Origin: Lingula anatina
Lineage: Eukaryota; Animalia; Brachiopoda
Direction: 5' to 3'
DNA length: 64,000 bases
Assembly: GCA_051362555.1 (NCBI GenBank)
Contig: CM120643.1
Coordinates: 14,172,644-14,236,643, forward strand
A program made the position numbers and the translations under genes. Below the pieces are notes generated by a model. That model saw only the letters and a program-made list of their open reading frames with translations, had not been told where the DNA came from and searched no databases. Shown here piece by piece: positions 38,899 through 49,400 of this stretch. Positions within the stretch are counted from its first letter, which is position 1. Each line of letters opens with the position of its first letter.

Positions 38899-39639
38899 AT
38901 GAATGTACTCGTTCTGTCATCAGACAACGTGACTAGACCTGTTGATTCTCTGCGACAGAGAAAGGACTCCCCGTGGGTTCCTCGAGGTACCATCATTCAA
39001 GGGCACCAGGCAACACCAGTGTGCAACACCACTCTGGAAGAGGCGCTGCCAGCCACAAGAGCGATTGCTCCAACACTACTGATTCTATAAGGTTGGATGG
39101 GCACCTTACCCAACCCGACCTCGGAGGTTGGCTGTCTCCTTCATCTGCTGTTCAGGGCACTAGGGACGATGGCTGCACATACTACACGGCAGAAGGCAAG
39201 GGTGGTCATTCTACCCTCTGTGCGCCTTAACTCCCCAGATCACGTGCGACAACTTATGAGGGCGGCTAATTTAATGCGGGACGTGGTCATTGTACGCCCG
39301 CGTTCCTTGGTTCCTTCGTGGTTCCGTTCTAGGGACCCGGAGGAAGTGGCCTTCCAATGTAGGGACGTGATGGCCGCCGCCCTACGTTTCCCACCTCCGC
39401 CACCCCAGGCGCGACTTCCGGCTGCAGCTAGAAGACGCACACCCAGAGGAACTCGAGACGACCCTCTCCTTGTCCCGTCCGAAGAAGAGTTAATTCACGA
39501 TAAGGCGTCGTCCCCACCATCAACCTCAAGCAGATGGGCCAGACCAATGGGTGAACCTCAGCGGCCGGAACCTAACGCTCGCCCAGCGGGATTGTCCGAT
39601 GAAGATTCTGACTTAGAAGAAGCTTACGAGCAAATCTAA
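38899..39639 (+). pseudogene. SGNH/GDSL-like cargo ORF, type a (246 codons, one in-frame stop)
   Basis: ATG ~100 nt after TATA; TAA at 39088-39090 is TAT in the duplicate; shares LL(I)LxGW, LLxxLF, (K)ARVVILPS and an acidic tail with 41107-41697; AATAAA at ~39698. Confidence 0.7.
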
Positions 39640-40477
39640 ATACACAAAATGAAAATAGAAGGCATGATTCCTATTCCCCTTTTTGGTAAAACAGAAAAAT
39701 AAAAATAAAAAAAATTACGTCTGAAGATATCACCTGGTGTTGTGTGGACGTCAGAGTGCCAGCAACGACGAGAGCACGAGAGGGAGACTGATGACTGAGG
39801 ACGGCCGGGTCAATCAGAGCCTAGATCGAGGGAACGATTGGGTCACTGTCTTACCGTAGCGCTGTGCCTACCTAAGCTAGATGTCCCGGTATATGTAACG
39901 GGTTAAAGAAATAAACAGTATTAATAGGGAAACCTATCGTATACTGTTGCTTCATTCTTATACTGTTGTCCTCAGAAAACCGCGCGCACACGCAATACCA
40001 CCGGCACCATCCCCGCTACATAGATTTAGACCGATAAAAGAATAATTGCGGAACGAAGAAAATGGGAATAACTTCTATCACAGTGGTTTTATCTATTTGT
40101 CATAATTATTTAATTTATGCATGATGATTTAAAGAATTAAATGAAGAAGGACAGGAATGTTGTCATTGTAAGGGACGCGTGACTTGTGTGAAAAATAAAA
40201 AGCTATATGATCTACGATTAAAGTTGTTCTTCATTTTTTTAGAGCCGCGGTTCCATAAAAAGTAGTAACCAACAAGGTTACAAGGTAGTGGAGAACACAG
40301 CTGATTCCTCCTCCCGCAGCTGAGACGACATCAACGTGCCCGCACGTTCTCCAGGCCCAAAAATTATTGGTCGCCGCCATCCGCAAACACGATACACAAA
40401 CGACTCGGTGGACTTCAATGGCGTAACCCCCCCCACCCCCCCCCCCCCCCCCTTTGTTAGATAAAGTATAAGGTAGA

Positions 40478-40558
40478 GAAAGTATTACATGGTCGGTATT
40501 GAAAGACCACGTTCAAAGATCGTTTCTTTCCTGCAACGAAAATGAAAGACTTAAGACC
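40478..40558 (+). mobile_element. Short gag-like remnant
   Basis: Reads ESITWSVLKDHVQRSFLSCNENERLK, resembling the TW..LK......F helix of Gypsy gag; short, so uncertain. Confidence 0.45.
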
Positions 40559-41106
40559 TTTGTCATCCATTTTTACCCAGTGGTGTAGTAGTCTGGGGCG
40601 ATGCCTCACATCCACCTTGGCCAAGACAGCACGTGTGTCATCCAAGAGACCGGGCAAAAACTGGACAACACCATCAGCGAATACTAAACAAATAAAAAGT
40701 GAGCGAAGCAACGTAAAAAGAGGGAATCACTAGATGCAGTTTGAATTTCTTCCAGATATGCGAAGGCACACGAAGGTAATTGAATCAATGAAAGGCGTCA
40801 AAAACATCTACAATAAGAAAGAAAAGGAAAGCTACATTCGAGGGGAAATGAGGAAGGGAGAGAGAGAGAGTGGAATTTAGACGTACAGACGGGAACACGT
40901 AGTGGATTAAACTATAACACGCTAGTGTTACACACTTCGTCTCTGTTTTTAAATCAAACTAAAATTACGGAAAGGGAATTTAACACGGTAGTGTTTAGTC
41001 AGGTGCAATTAGTCCTTTGCTTGTATATATAAGGAGCTTTTGTCCCATCTCTGCCACAACTTCTTGTTGCTATATCACGGGAACCACACGCCTCCGACTC
41101 GCAGCT

Positions 41107-41697
41107 ATGGACACCTTGATACTTGGGGATTCCGACCTCCGAAGGCTCGTGCGAGCTATTGACCGTGAGGAGGTCCCGGAACTGGTGAATGCCGGTACGG
41201 TACGCTATCGGCCGGCGCCCCAAGGCCTTACACAGGAGGCCTTGGAGGACCTTACTGGTACGGTGTTGCAGGCTGGCCCGCATCTGTTACTCTTGGTAGA
41301 GTGGCGACCGATAGACAGAGGAACCAGGTCAGTCGCCTTGTTATTGGCAACTCTGTTCACAATGATGCGGACCATGAGCATGCCGCTGCCGAATCAAGTA
41401 GCTCGCGTCGTTATCCTGCCTTCACCTGCATGTGATCAGGCAACTAGGGACGAACTACTGCGGGCGCAATCTGCCTTCCATGGCCTAGTAGTGCGGTCCC
41501 CGCTCTGCCGCCCAGGCGTCCCTGCGGCGCTTCTGGGAGGCTTGCAGGCTGCCATCGATGCTGCGACCATGGTCCCACGAAACCGACGTCCTTTGTCCCG
41601 GTCCCGGAGTTCGTGGCCAACTACAAGACGCATGCTTACCAGACCATCCCTTTCGCGACCGCCCCCGTCGGATAGCGCAGATGAAATGTGGGATTAA
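41107..41697 (+). CDS. Intact intronless SGNH/GDSL-like cargo ORF, type b (196 aa)
   Basis: Starts MDTLILGDSDLRRL (SGNH block I GDS); TATATATAA at 41024, AATAAA at 41721; GC-rich relative to flanks; homologous to the type a and c ORFs. Confidence 0.7.
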   Translation: MDTLILGDSDLRRLVRAIDREEVPELVNAGTVRYRPAPQGLTQEALEDLTGTVLQAGPHLLLLVEWRPIDRGTRSVALLLATLFTMMRTMSMPLPNQVARVVILPSPACDQATRDELLRAQSAFHGLVVRSPLCRPGVPAALLGGLQAAIDAATMVPRNRRPLSRSRSSWPTTRRMLTRPSLSRPPPSDSADEMWD

Positions 41698-41859
41698 ATT
41701 AAGCTCCTTCCTTTTTTTTGAATAAATTGGCTGCGCTTGCCATTTGAAGTTCACCACTCTTGTTGTATTTCTTTCTTTATAGTTTTTGTTTTTCCTAGGG
41801 TTCTTAGTTTTGGCCGGAGGCCAAACTTCTCGCGGACGGAAGGTCATATAACACGGTAG

Positions 41860-42458
41860 TGTTAAATAATTTGTTTCTGTCTTTAAGTCGCATTCACAAT
41901 CACGGAAGAGAAACCAAAATTAGAAACAAAAGTCCCGGTAAAGTAATAAATTTAGATAATTGAAGGTACGCCCCTTTTGGTTGACAGAAAAGGGAGACCC
42001 GGTGACAATCCTAAAATCGTAGAGGTACTTAAGCCTCAATATTTCCATTTGGTTCTTTTGATCTCTTCCACCAAAAAAACAGGGGATAATTTCGCTAAAG
42101 ACAGTCCCAGGTCCGAGCGTTATATAACCTTCCAACCCGGAGAATATATCCATATGCAGGGCAACAGTAACAAGTATAGGAGTTTCTGTATTTAGTTTTA
42201 ATGATCGACTGTTTAGATCGGATACAGTTATTTACGTTTACTAATAGTTTACGGCACGCAGGAATCAGTACGATTCCCTATAAAAACTGGGCCTCTAAGA
42301 TAGAAAGACAGAGACCCCGGGAGATCGTCGTGACAGTTCCTGCCTGCGTGTCAGTTTGTAGCCCGTCAGTGAATAAAGATCTACATGAGCTACAATTGAA
42401 GTCGTTCCGTGTTTTCAAGCTGCTACCCGCTCAGAACTAAGTAACCAACCGGGTTACA
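41860..42458 (+). mobile_element. LTR-like unit (~600 bp)
   Basis: TGTTA...GGTTACA termini, TATAAAAA and AATAAA inside, colinear with 8542-9180. Confidence 0.75.
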
Positions 42459-43076
42459 CAATCATACTGATTTAGGTGACATAAAAAAGTTCAAACTAGA
42501 TACAGACTAGTGTTTCTGTGGAATGTAATTAGTGACCATTGTAGAATACCAAAGAAATTTCATTCAAGTGGCATGTAACGAGATTGTTACTTAATTAGTG
42601 CTGAATTACAATATAGAAAGAGGAAAGTATGATAAAAGGATGCATCAAAAGAAGGGAAATCAGAGAATAAATAGAAATGATCTGCTCGGAATATACAATG
42701 TGCCTCACTTCAAAGTAAATCTGTTTAAAAAAATGTGACGTATGCAATGGAAACTTGATCAGCATTTTGGGAAGATAAAAGAAAGACCCGCTCTTTGGGC
42801 TGGACACCTTTTTCATTAGGTTGCTCCTCTATTTCACTATTGTCTCATAAGAACCACCTGTATCGTCCGAGAAGAACCGAACTACAGGGAAAGAAGACTT
42901 ATTCAGAAGGCGTACTCAGTTGTACCTGACATCTATCATCTAATAAAACTTGCTTGCCTGGATTGAAGAAATATCAGGACTTTGTTGTTCTTTGCCTACC
43001 TTATAACCCCCGTGTGACGGATCCCGAAGGACAATAAAACGCAATAAACAAAGAAGAAACCCACAAATAACCCCCC

Positions 43077-43792
43077 TCAGACAACGTCACTAGACCTTTT
43101 GATTTTCTGCGACAGAGGACTCCCCGTGGGTTCTTCGAGGTACCATCATTCAAGGGCACCAGGTAACACCAGTGTGCAACACCACTCTGGAAGAGGCGCT
43201 GCCAGCCATTAGAGCGATTGCTTCAACACTACTGATTCTATATGGTTGGATGGGCACCTTACCCAATCCGACCTCGGAGGTTGGCTATCTCCTTCATCTG
43301 CTGTTCAGGGTACTAAGGAAGACGGCTGCACCTACTACACGGCAGAAGGCGAAGGTGGTCATTCTACCCTCTGTGCGCCTTAACTCCCCAGATCACGTGC
43401 GACAACTTATGAGGGCGGCTAATTTAATGCGGGACGTGGTCATTGTACGCCCGCGTTCCTTGGTTCCTTCGTGGTTCCGTTCTAGGGACCCGGAGGAAGT
43501 GGCCTTCCAATGTAGGGACGTGATGGCCGCCGCCCTACGTTTCCCACCTCTGCCACCCCAGGTGCGACTTCCGGCTGCAGCTAGAAGACGCACACCCAGA
43601 GGAACTCGAGACGACCCTCTCCTTGTCCCGTCCGAAGAAGAATTAATTCACGATGAGGCGTCGTCCCCACCATCAACCTCAAGCAGATGGGCCAGACCAA
43701 TGGGAGAACCTCAGCGGCTGGAGCCTAACGCTCGCCCAGCGGGATTGTCCGATGAAGATTCTGACTTAGAAGAAGCTTACGAGCAAATCTAA
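43077..43792 (+). pseudogene. Duplicate of type a SGNH-like ORF lacking promoter and start
   Basis: Open from 43172 to 43792, but the 38496-38917 equivalent (PPT, TATA, ATG) is deleted and there is a 4-nt deletion at ~43117. Confidence 0.7.
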
Positions 43793-45393
43793 ATACACAA
43801 AATGAAAATAGAAGGAATGATTCCTATTCCCCTTTTTGGTAAAACAGAAAAAAAAAAATAAAAAAATTTACGTCTGAAGATATCACCTGGTGTTGTGTGG
43901 ACGTCAGAGTGCCAGCAACGACGAGAGCATGAGAGGGTCACTGTCTTACCGTAGCGCTGTGTACTACCTAAGCTAGATGTCCCTGTATATGTAACGGGTT
44001 AGAGAAATAAAACTGTATTAATAGGGAAACCTATCTTATACTGTTGTTCTCACAAAACCGCGCGCACACGCAATACCACCGGCACCATCCCCGCTACATA
44101 CATGTAGATTTAGACCGATAAAAGAATAATTGCGGAACGAAGAAAATGGGAATAACTTCTATCACAGTGGTTTTATCTATTTGTCATAAAGATTTAATTT
44201 ATGCATGATGATTTAAAGAATTAAATGAAGAAGGATGGGAATGTTGTCATTGTAAGGGACGCGGGACGTGTGTGAAAAATAAAAAGCTATATGATCTACG
44301 ATTTAAGTTGTTCTTCATTTTTTTCGAGCCGCGGTTCCATAAAAAGTAGTAAGACAGCACGTGTGTCATCCAAGAGACCGGGCAACTACTGGACAACACC
44401 ATCAGCGAATACTAAACAAATAAAAAGTGAGCGAAGCAACGTAAAAAGCGGGAATCACTAGATGCAGTTTGAATTTCTATCATGCTCACTAAAGACATAT
44501 TAGATCAAGATGGTAACCTAGATATACAGCAACCGTATGCATAGATTAACTTTAATTATATTCATGGTTTATACAGTAACCGTATAGGCCTACATAGATT
44601 AACTTTGATTATATTCATGGTCTAAAACCATGGCTATATATGTATATCCTTATTGTCTCTAAATCATGGATTGTGCTCATGCTGGCTAAATGAACAATTG
44701 TCTTCTGTCTCATAATGAATTATGTATACTTCTATCTTAAATGCCCTATTGTGGCTCTACCCTGTATATGAGGCCCAGTAAGCTCAAGGGTCAGTAGAGA
44801 GAAAGAACAGAAATAATAAAGGTTGCCGTCTGGATCTAGTTGGCTGTTGTCGTCATTTTATAAATATCCCGTGAACATCACAGTGGTGGAAAGCCTGGGC
44901 ATAATGTCTAAACAAGTCTCTCCAGGAGGAAGAACCAGGTTTCAGACGGCAGCCTCATCAGATGTAAGCCTTAGTGCATCAAGCAGCAGCGCCAGTGGAA
45001 CCAGCAGTGTCAGTGGGACCAGCAGCTTGGCTGTTGTCTTCATTTATAAATATCCCGTGAACATCACATTTCTTCCAGATATGCGAAGGCACACGAAGGT
45101 ATCTGAATCAATGAAAGGCGTCAAAAACATCTACAATAAGAAAGAAAAGGAAAGCTACATTCGAGGGGAAATGAGGGAGGGAGAAAGAGAGAGTGGGGTT
45201 TAGACGTACAGACGGGAACACGTAGTGGATTAATCCCGAAGAACAATAGAACATCTATTAGAAAAACAAAGTAAGAAACAAAACCCCGTGACATCTTTGG
45301 TGGAGTGCCGAGATCCATGAGTACACCTAAATGGTGGGGCACTCCAGCGCAGAATACAAGGTTAAAACAGCAGCGGCCAAGGAAAAGACGACC

Positions 45394-45712
45394 ATGTCCC
45401 GCTCTAAGTTAACGCAACGAAGGGCTTGGATGAGGTCGGACTCGATGCCGCAACCCCCACCTGGGAAACCTGCCGAGAAGACGAACCCATTTTTCAAGGC
45501 CCCATGACCATCTGCGTGCAAAATGAATATATAGAGTTGCCAGAATATTTAGCGATAGGATTAATATGTCATTCCCCCCTCATAGAACAATTTCTCAATG
45601 TTCAACATTATAACGATCAATGGACCCTTAGCTTACGCGACTTAATTACCTGAGATATTCCCTTCTTGATAGCCGGTGAATACCATTTTGCATACCCTAG
45701 TGTGGACCTAGC
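45394..45712 (+). pseudogene. Truncated BTB/POZ-like cargo ORF
   Basis: MSRSKLTQRRAW..., LPEYLAIGLICHSPLIEQF, AGEYHF align with 46812-47333; has a frameshift and a stop, and is cut at ~45712. Confidence 0.7.
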
Positions 45713-46189
45713 CCGGTACTAAGGGCTAAACCTCAGCTTCTGATGTTGGGGGGCTGGCGACCCGCTACCATAGGCACACCTGCCGTGGGAGAGTTATTGC
45801 GCCTCCTGTTCGCAATGGTAGAAACAATGGCGCCACCAGTCCCAGACCAACAAGCCAGGGTGGTCGTCATACCAGATGCCTCCTGCCACATGGCAACCAG
45901 ACGGGAACTGAACAGAGCCCAGTCCTGTTTCGCGGGCCTAAAAGCACGCCCGCCTTTGTACAGACCAGGATCGCCCCCGGTGATCATGGGGGACCTATAC
46001 ACGGCGGTGGTGGCGATTACACACACGCGGCCACCGCCGGGGCGCATGTTCCCGTCACACCCAGTACCAGCGGCCACTAGCCATCATCCTCCCACCATGG
46101 ATGCCACGACCAGACCACTGCGGACGGATTCCAGCAGCCCCCTTCGCTTGCGTCCACCGCCGTCTGATTCGGAGGAAGAATGGGATTAA
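45713..46189 (+). pseudogene. 5'-truncated SGNH-like cargo ORF, type c
   Basis: PVLRAKPQLLMLGGWRP...QARVVVIP...RPPPSDSEEEWD aligns with type b (TVLQAGPHLLLLVEWRP...VARVVILP...RPPPSDSADEMWD); AATAAA just after the stop. Confidence 0.75.
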
Positions 46190-46237
46190 CAGAAGAAAAT
46201 AACCTTACCAAGGACTTGTCAATATCGCAGCCTATGA

Positions 46238-46467
46238 GGCACGCAGGATTGAGAACGACTCCCTATAAAAAGAGGGCTCCTCAGATAGAGAGACAGAGAC
46301 CCCGGGAGATCGTCGTGACTGTCCCTGCCTGTGTGCCAGTGTATGCCTGTGTATGAGGAATAAAATCGTCATGAACCACATCTGAAGTTGTGTGATTTCA
46401 AGCCGTCGCTCTCATAAAAATAAGTAACCAACCAAGGTTACAGATATAAAGTAACGGGTGCCGAAAC
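46238..46467 (+). mobile_element. 3' half of diverged LTR-like unit followed by a PBS-like motif
   Basis: GGCACGCAGG, TATAAAAA, AATAAA, end AAGGTTACA (46442); GGTGCCGAAAC at 46457-46467 resembles the complement of the tRNA-Phe 3' end. Confidence 0.7.
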
Positions 46468-46489
46468 TTGGCACACCGTATCTAAAATT

Positions 46490-46700
46490 TTTCAAAGGAA
46501 ACAGAAATTGAATGAACCCGTTTTAAATTATATAGCAGCAATGAGAAAAGATGCTGAGCGTGTGCATTTAGAAGACAAGACTACTATAATTGCTATATTA
46601 AATGGACTATTACCTCAGATAAGACCCTTTGTTTAACAGCACGATCCTAAAAATTTTGAATCTTTGATTAATCATGCAAAAGCTGCTGAAAATGCAGTTC
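46490..46700 (+). mobile_element. Ty3/Gypsy gag (capsid C-terminal) remnant
   Basis: FQRKQKLNEPVLNYIAAMRKDA...AILNGLLPQIRPFV*QHDPKNFESLINHAKAAE matches the Q...E.V..Y / GL.P.I...V....P pattern; stop at 46634. Confidence 0.8.
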
Positions 46701-46811
46701 AACCTAATTCTAATGAATCATTGGACTCGTTGGCATTTATGAATGCTCAAATCAATGCATTGGGTATTAAGATGGATTCTATTTTACAGAAATCTAAATC
46801 TTCCCCAAAAA

Positions 46812-47547
46812 ATGGCCCAAAATAAGCTAACCCAGCATGAGGCATGGACCCAATCAGGTCCTAAACATGGAGAGCTGATGTTTACCGGAACGATGGTCAT
46901 ACACTTATATCTCCAAATAGTTTATTTACCGGAACACTTGGCCTCCAACCTAATGCACCACTCACCATTAATCGAACAATTTGTAAGCATTGGTAATTAT
47001 AATCCAAAATGGACCATTAAATTACCGCATGATATTATTTCTATAGAAATACTTTATTTATTAGCGGGAGAATATCAATACCGTTTTGATGGTATTGATT
47101 TGAATACCTTACTAGCTGCATCACATTTCTTAATCATCCCCCAATCCTTTTTGGCCCCAATTATTCACCATTGGCCGCGGAATAATTTGACAAATATTTA
47201 TACGGCTATTTGTAATGCTTTCAATCTTTATGATTTCCCTGTGATCGCCCAGGCTCTTTGTGCTACATTGGATATTTCCCTTTCCCAACAAAATGCGTTA
47301 TGTTCGGAAACTGACTTTCAAAAATTTTTATAATTTGATCACAGTTTTGGACCAAAGTGATCATTTATCTACCCTTTCCCCCTCCTTATCGGATCCAGCT
47401 ATCCAACATTATCCCCCATGTTCTTGTAGCACGTGTCGGCGTGCAAAAGCCATTTTTCATTCAGACCTAGCGGAGGAACGTAGTCATGCTGCAATGGCAA
47501 TGTTTCCTTCGCAATTAAAAAAGCAAGTCAAGAGAGTAAGAGAGTAA
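46812..47547 (+). CDS. BTB/POZ-like cargo ORF (open 46812-47333; probable frameshifted tail to 47547)
   Basis: LMHHSPLIEQF, IKLPHDIISIEILYLL and DLNTLLAASHFLII follow the BTB/Skp1 pattern; a slip in the T-run at ~47325 would add a tail containing CSCSTC; intronless. Confidence 0.55.
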
Positions 47548-48759
47548 GAGAGTAAGCTGCTTGGAGTTATATATTTGGCACCTTTAAAAGGAAATTTGGA
47601 AATAGAATTTACATAAGACGCATCACGTGAAAGTTGGGGTTTGGCTATCGTTTGGGCGTGATAGTCAAAAGGGTGTAAAAAGAGACCACTGGCTCTATTT
47701 TAACACTTACTTACTTACTTACTCGCTTACTTACTATTTATTTATTCGCTACATTTCTTCGTGGGATTTAACGTAGTGTCGGCTACAGTGCTCTTCAGAC
47801 TGTTTATTTCAAATAGCTACTTTCTAGGCAGTTGCTACTAGATTGGAGTGTATTGACCAATTGTTTCCTTCACGAAATGAAAAACTTTACGGGAAAATCA
47901 GTGACTTGTCCTTCCTTGATTATCACCGGGATAGAGAGATTAATAACGGGAAATAGACCCCCACGCACACATACAACAAACTCTGTTGATAACTATATAT
48001 TTAGCCGCCTATAATGCGTTTCACCTATATGATTTTACCCCAGTTGGCACCCGAGAAAACTGCGGTGATATATGTATGGCAATGGACGGAAAATCCTACA
48101 GAACACGGGATAAAGCGGTTACCGGACTAAAGAAAGAGTATAACACGGTGTAAAATATCACTTTGGGTATTTAGTATAATTGCTAAGAAAAAACGGGTAC
48201 TTTATAACTGGTAAGAATAATTAAAACCATATTCATATTCAAAGATAAGCTTAAAAAGGGGCAGTCAATAGACATTCAGGAATGATCGTGACCGGGGCAC
48301 TTGGCACGAGGTGGGAGATATAACTTGGAAATGGCCTTTGAAGGCTAGGGAGGATTATGTGTGATCCAGGAAACACGGTGACTGAGTTGGGACAGAGCCC
48401 GAGACAAAGGGACTTAGAAAAAAAACTATGAAGCAGGAATTGCCTTTCTGCAATGCTATTTATATCAATGGCATTTAAGACCTAGAAAAAAAACGGTAAA
48501 AGATGAGCTTAAATGCTCGAAGTTCAAATCTGACAGAATGCTGCATGTAGAACAAAAGGACTAACAGATATTTGACTTTATTCTTGCAAAAGCTGAAAAA
48601 CTAAAAAAATCAGAAAGAAGAATTATGTGAAACTTATAAAACTACTCACTTGAAAATTGTCTCTGAAGACAACAGACTGAGAGGAATGCTGGGTACAGAA
48701 AAGATGAAAAAGGACACGTCAAAAACTGAAAATATTAAGCTAAGACGAAACCATAAGAG

Positions 48760-49400
48760 TAGATCGAGTTTCAGGGGAAAGTCTGGACATGAGACAGAAG
48801 ATATTGGCACAACTACCAGAATTGTCTGTTTGGTACAAGTACCAATATTGAAGGACAGCCGATAGGGCTGAATTAGCCACTGGGCCAGAGGGTAACCAAA
48901 ACCAAAACTAACACGTCAATTCTTGTACACCACTAAATCTTGATCAAATTATAGCAACAGCCTTTCAGGACAGCACGTTCGCTGTTTCCCAAAACTTACG
49001 AACTTTGGTGCAGACCGTGTAAACACCACGTGAATACAATACAAACAAAAACAAACCGTGAACTAGTTCATACTCATAAGCAAGTGACATTCCAGAATGA
49101 CACCAAAAGACAGAGCCAAAAAAGGTACAGATCACCCGCCAGGATACATACGGACGAAGGGACACGCAATGGACAGAGGAGGCCTTCAGAGCAAGAGAAG
49201 CGGCTATGCATGACGTGCGGTAAGTGGGTCTTTCATTTACCTAGAAGTTGTCTGTTTGGTACAACTAGCAGTATTGTCTGTTTGATACAACTACCAGTAA
49301 AGACTCGTTTGTTTTAATGCTAATTGACAGGTTAACAGCCCTACATTTTACAGCATGATATTGAACTTCTAGCGAAAACTGCTGTACCTGAGGAAATTAT
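48760..49400 (+). mobile_element. Further degenerate gag pieces (zinc-knuckle-like)
   Basis: SFRGKSGHETED (~48768) and CMTCGKWVFHLPRSC (49207-49251) resemble decayed CCHC knuckles; 49310-49385 resembles the gag remnant at 46600-46690. Confidence 0.45.

Larger units (their letters stand above)
37670..44480 (+). repeat. Recent tandem duplication of the LTR mosaic with internal deletions
   Basis: 37670-38495 = 42251-43076; 38918-40268 = 43076-44352; 40623-40748 = 44351-44478; also 40745-40910 = 45068-45232; only scattered substitutions. Confidence 0.95.

Noticed and set aside
39786-39830. CTGATGA hammerhead-ribozyme core candidate (also at ~58550)
   Set aside because: No stem II followed by GAAA and no closing stems were found by eye.
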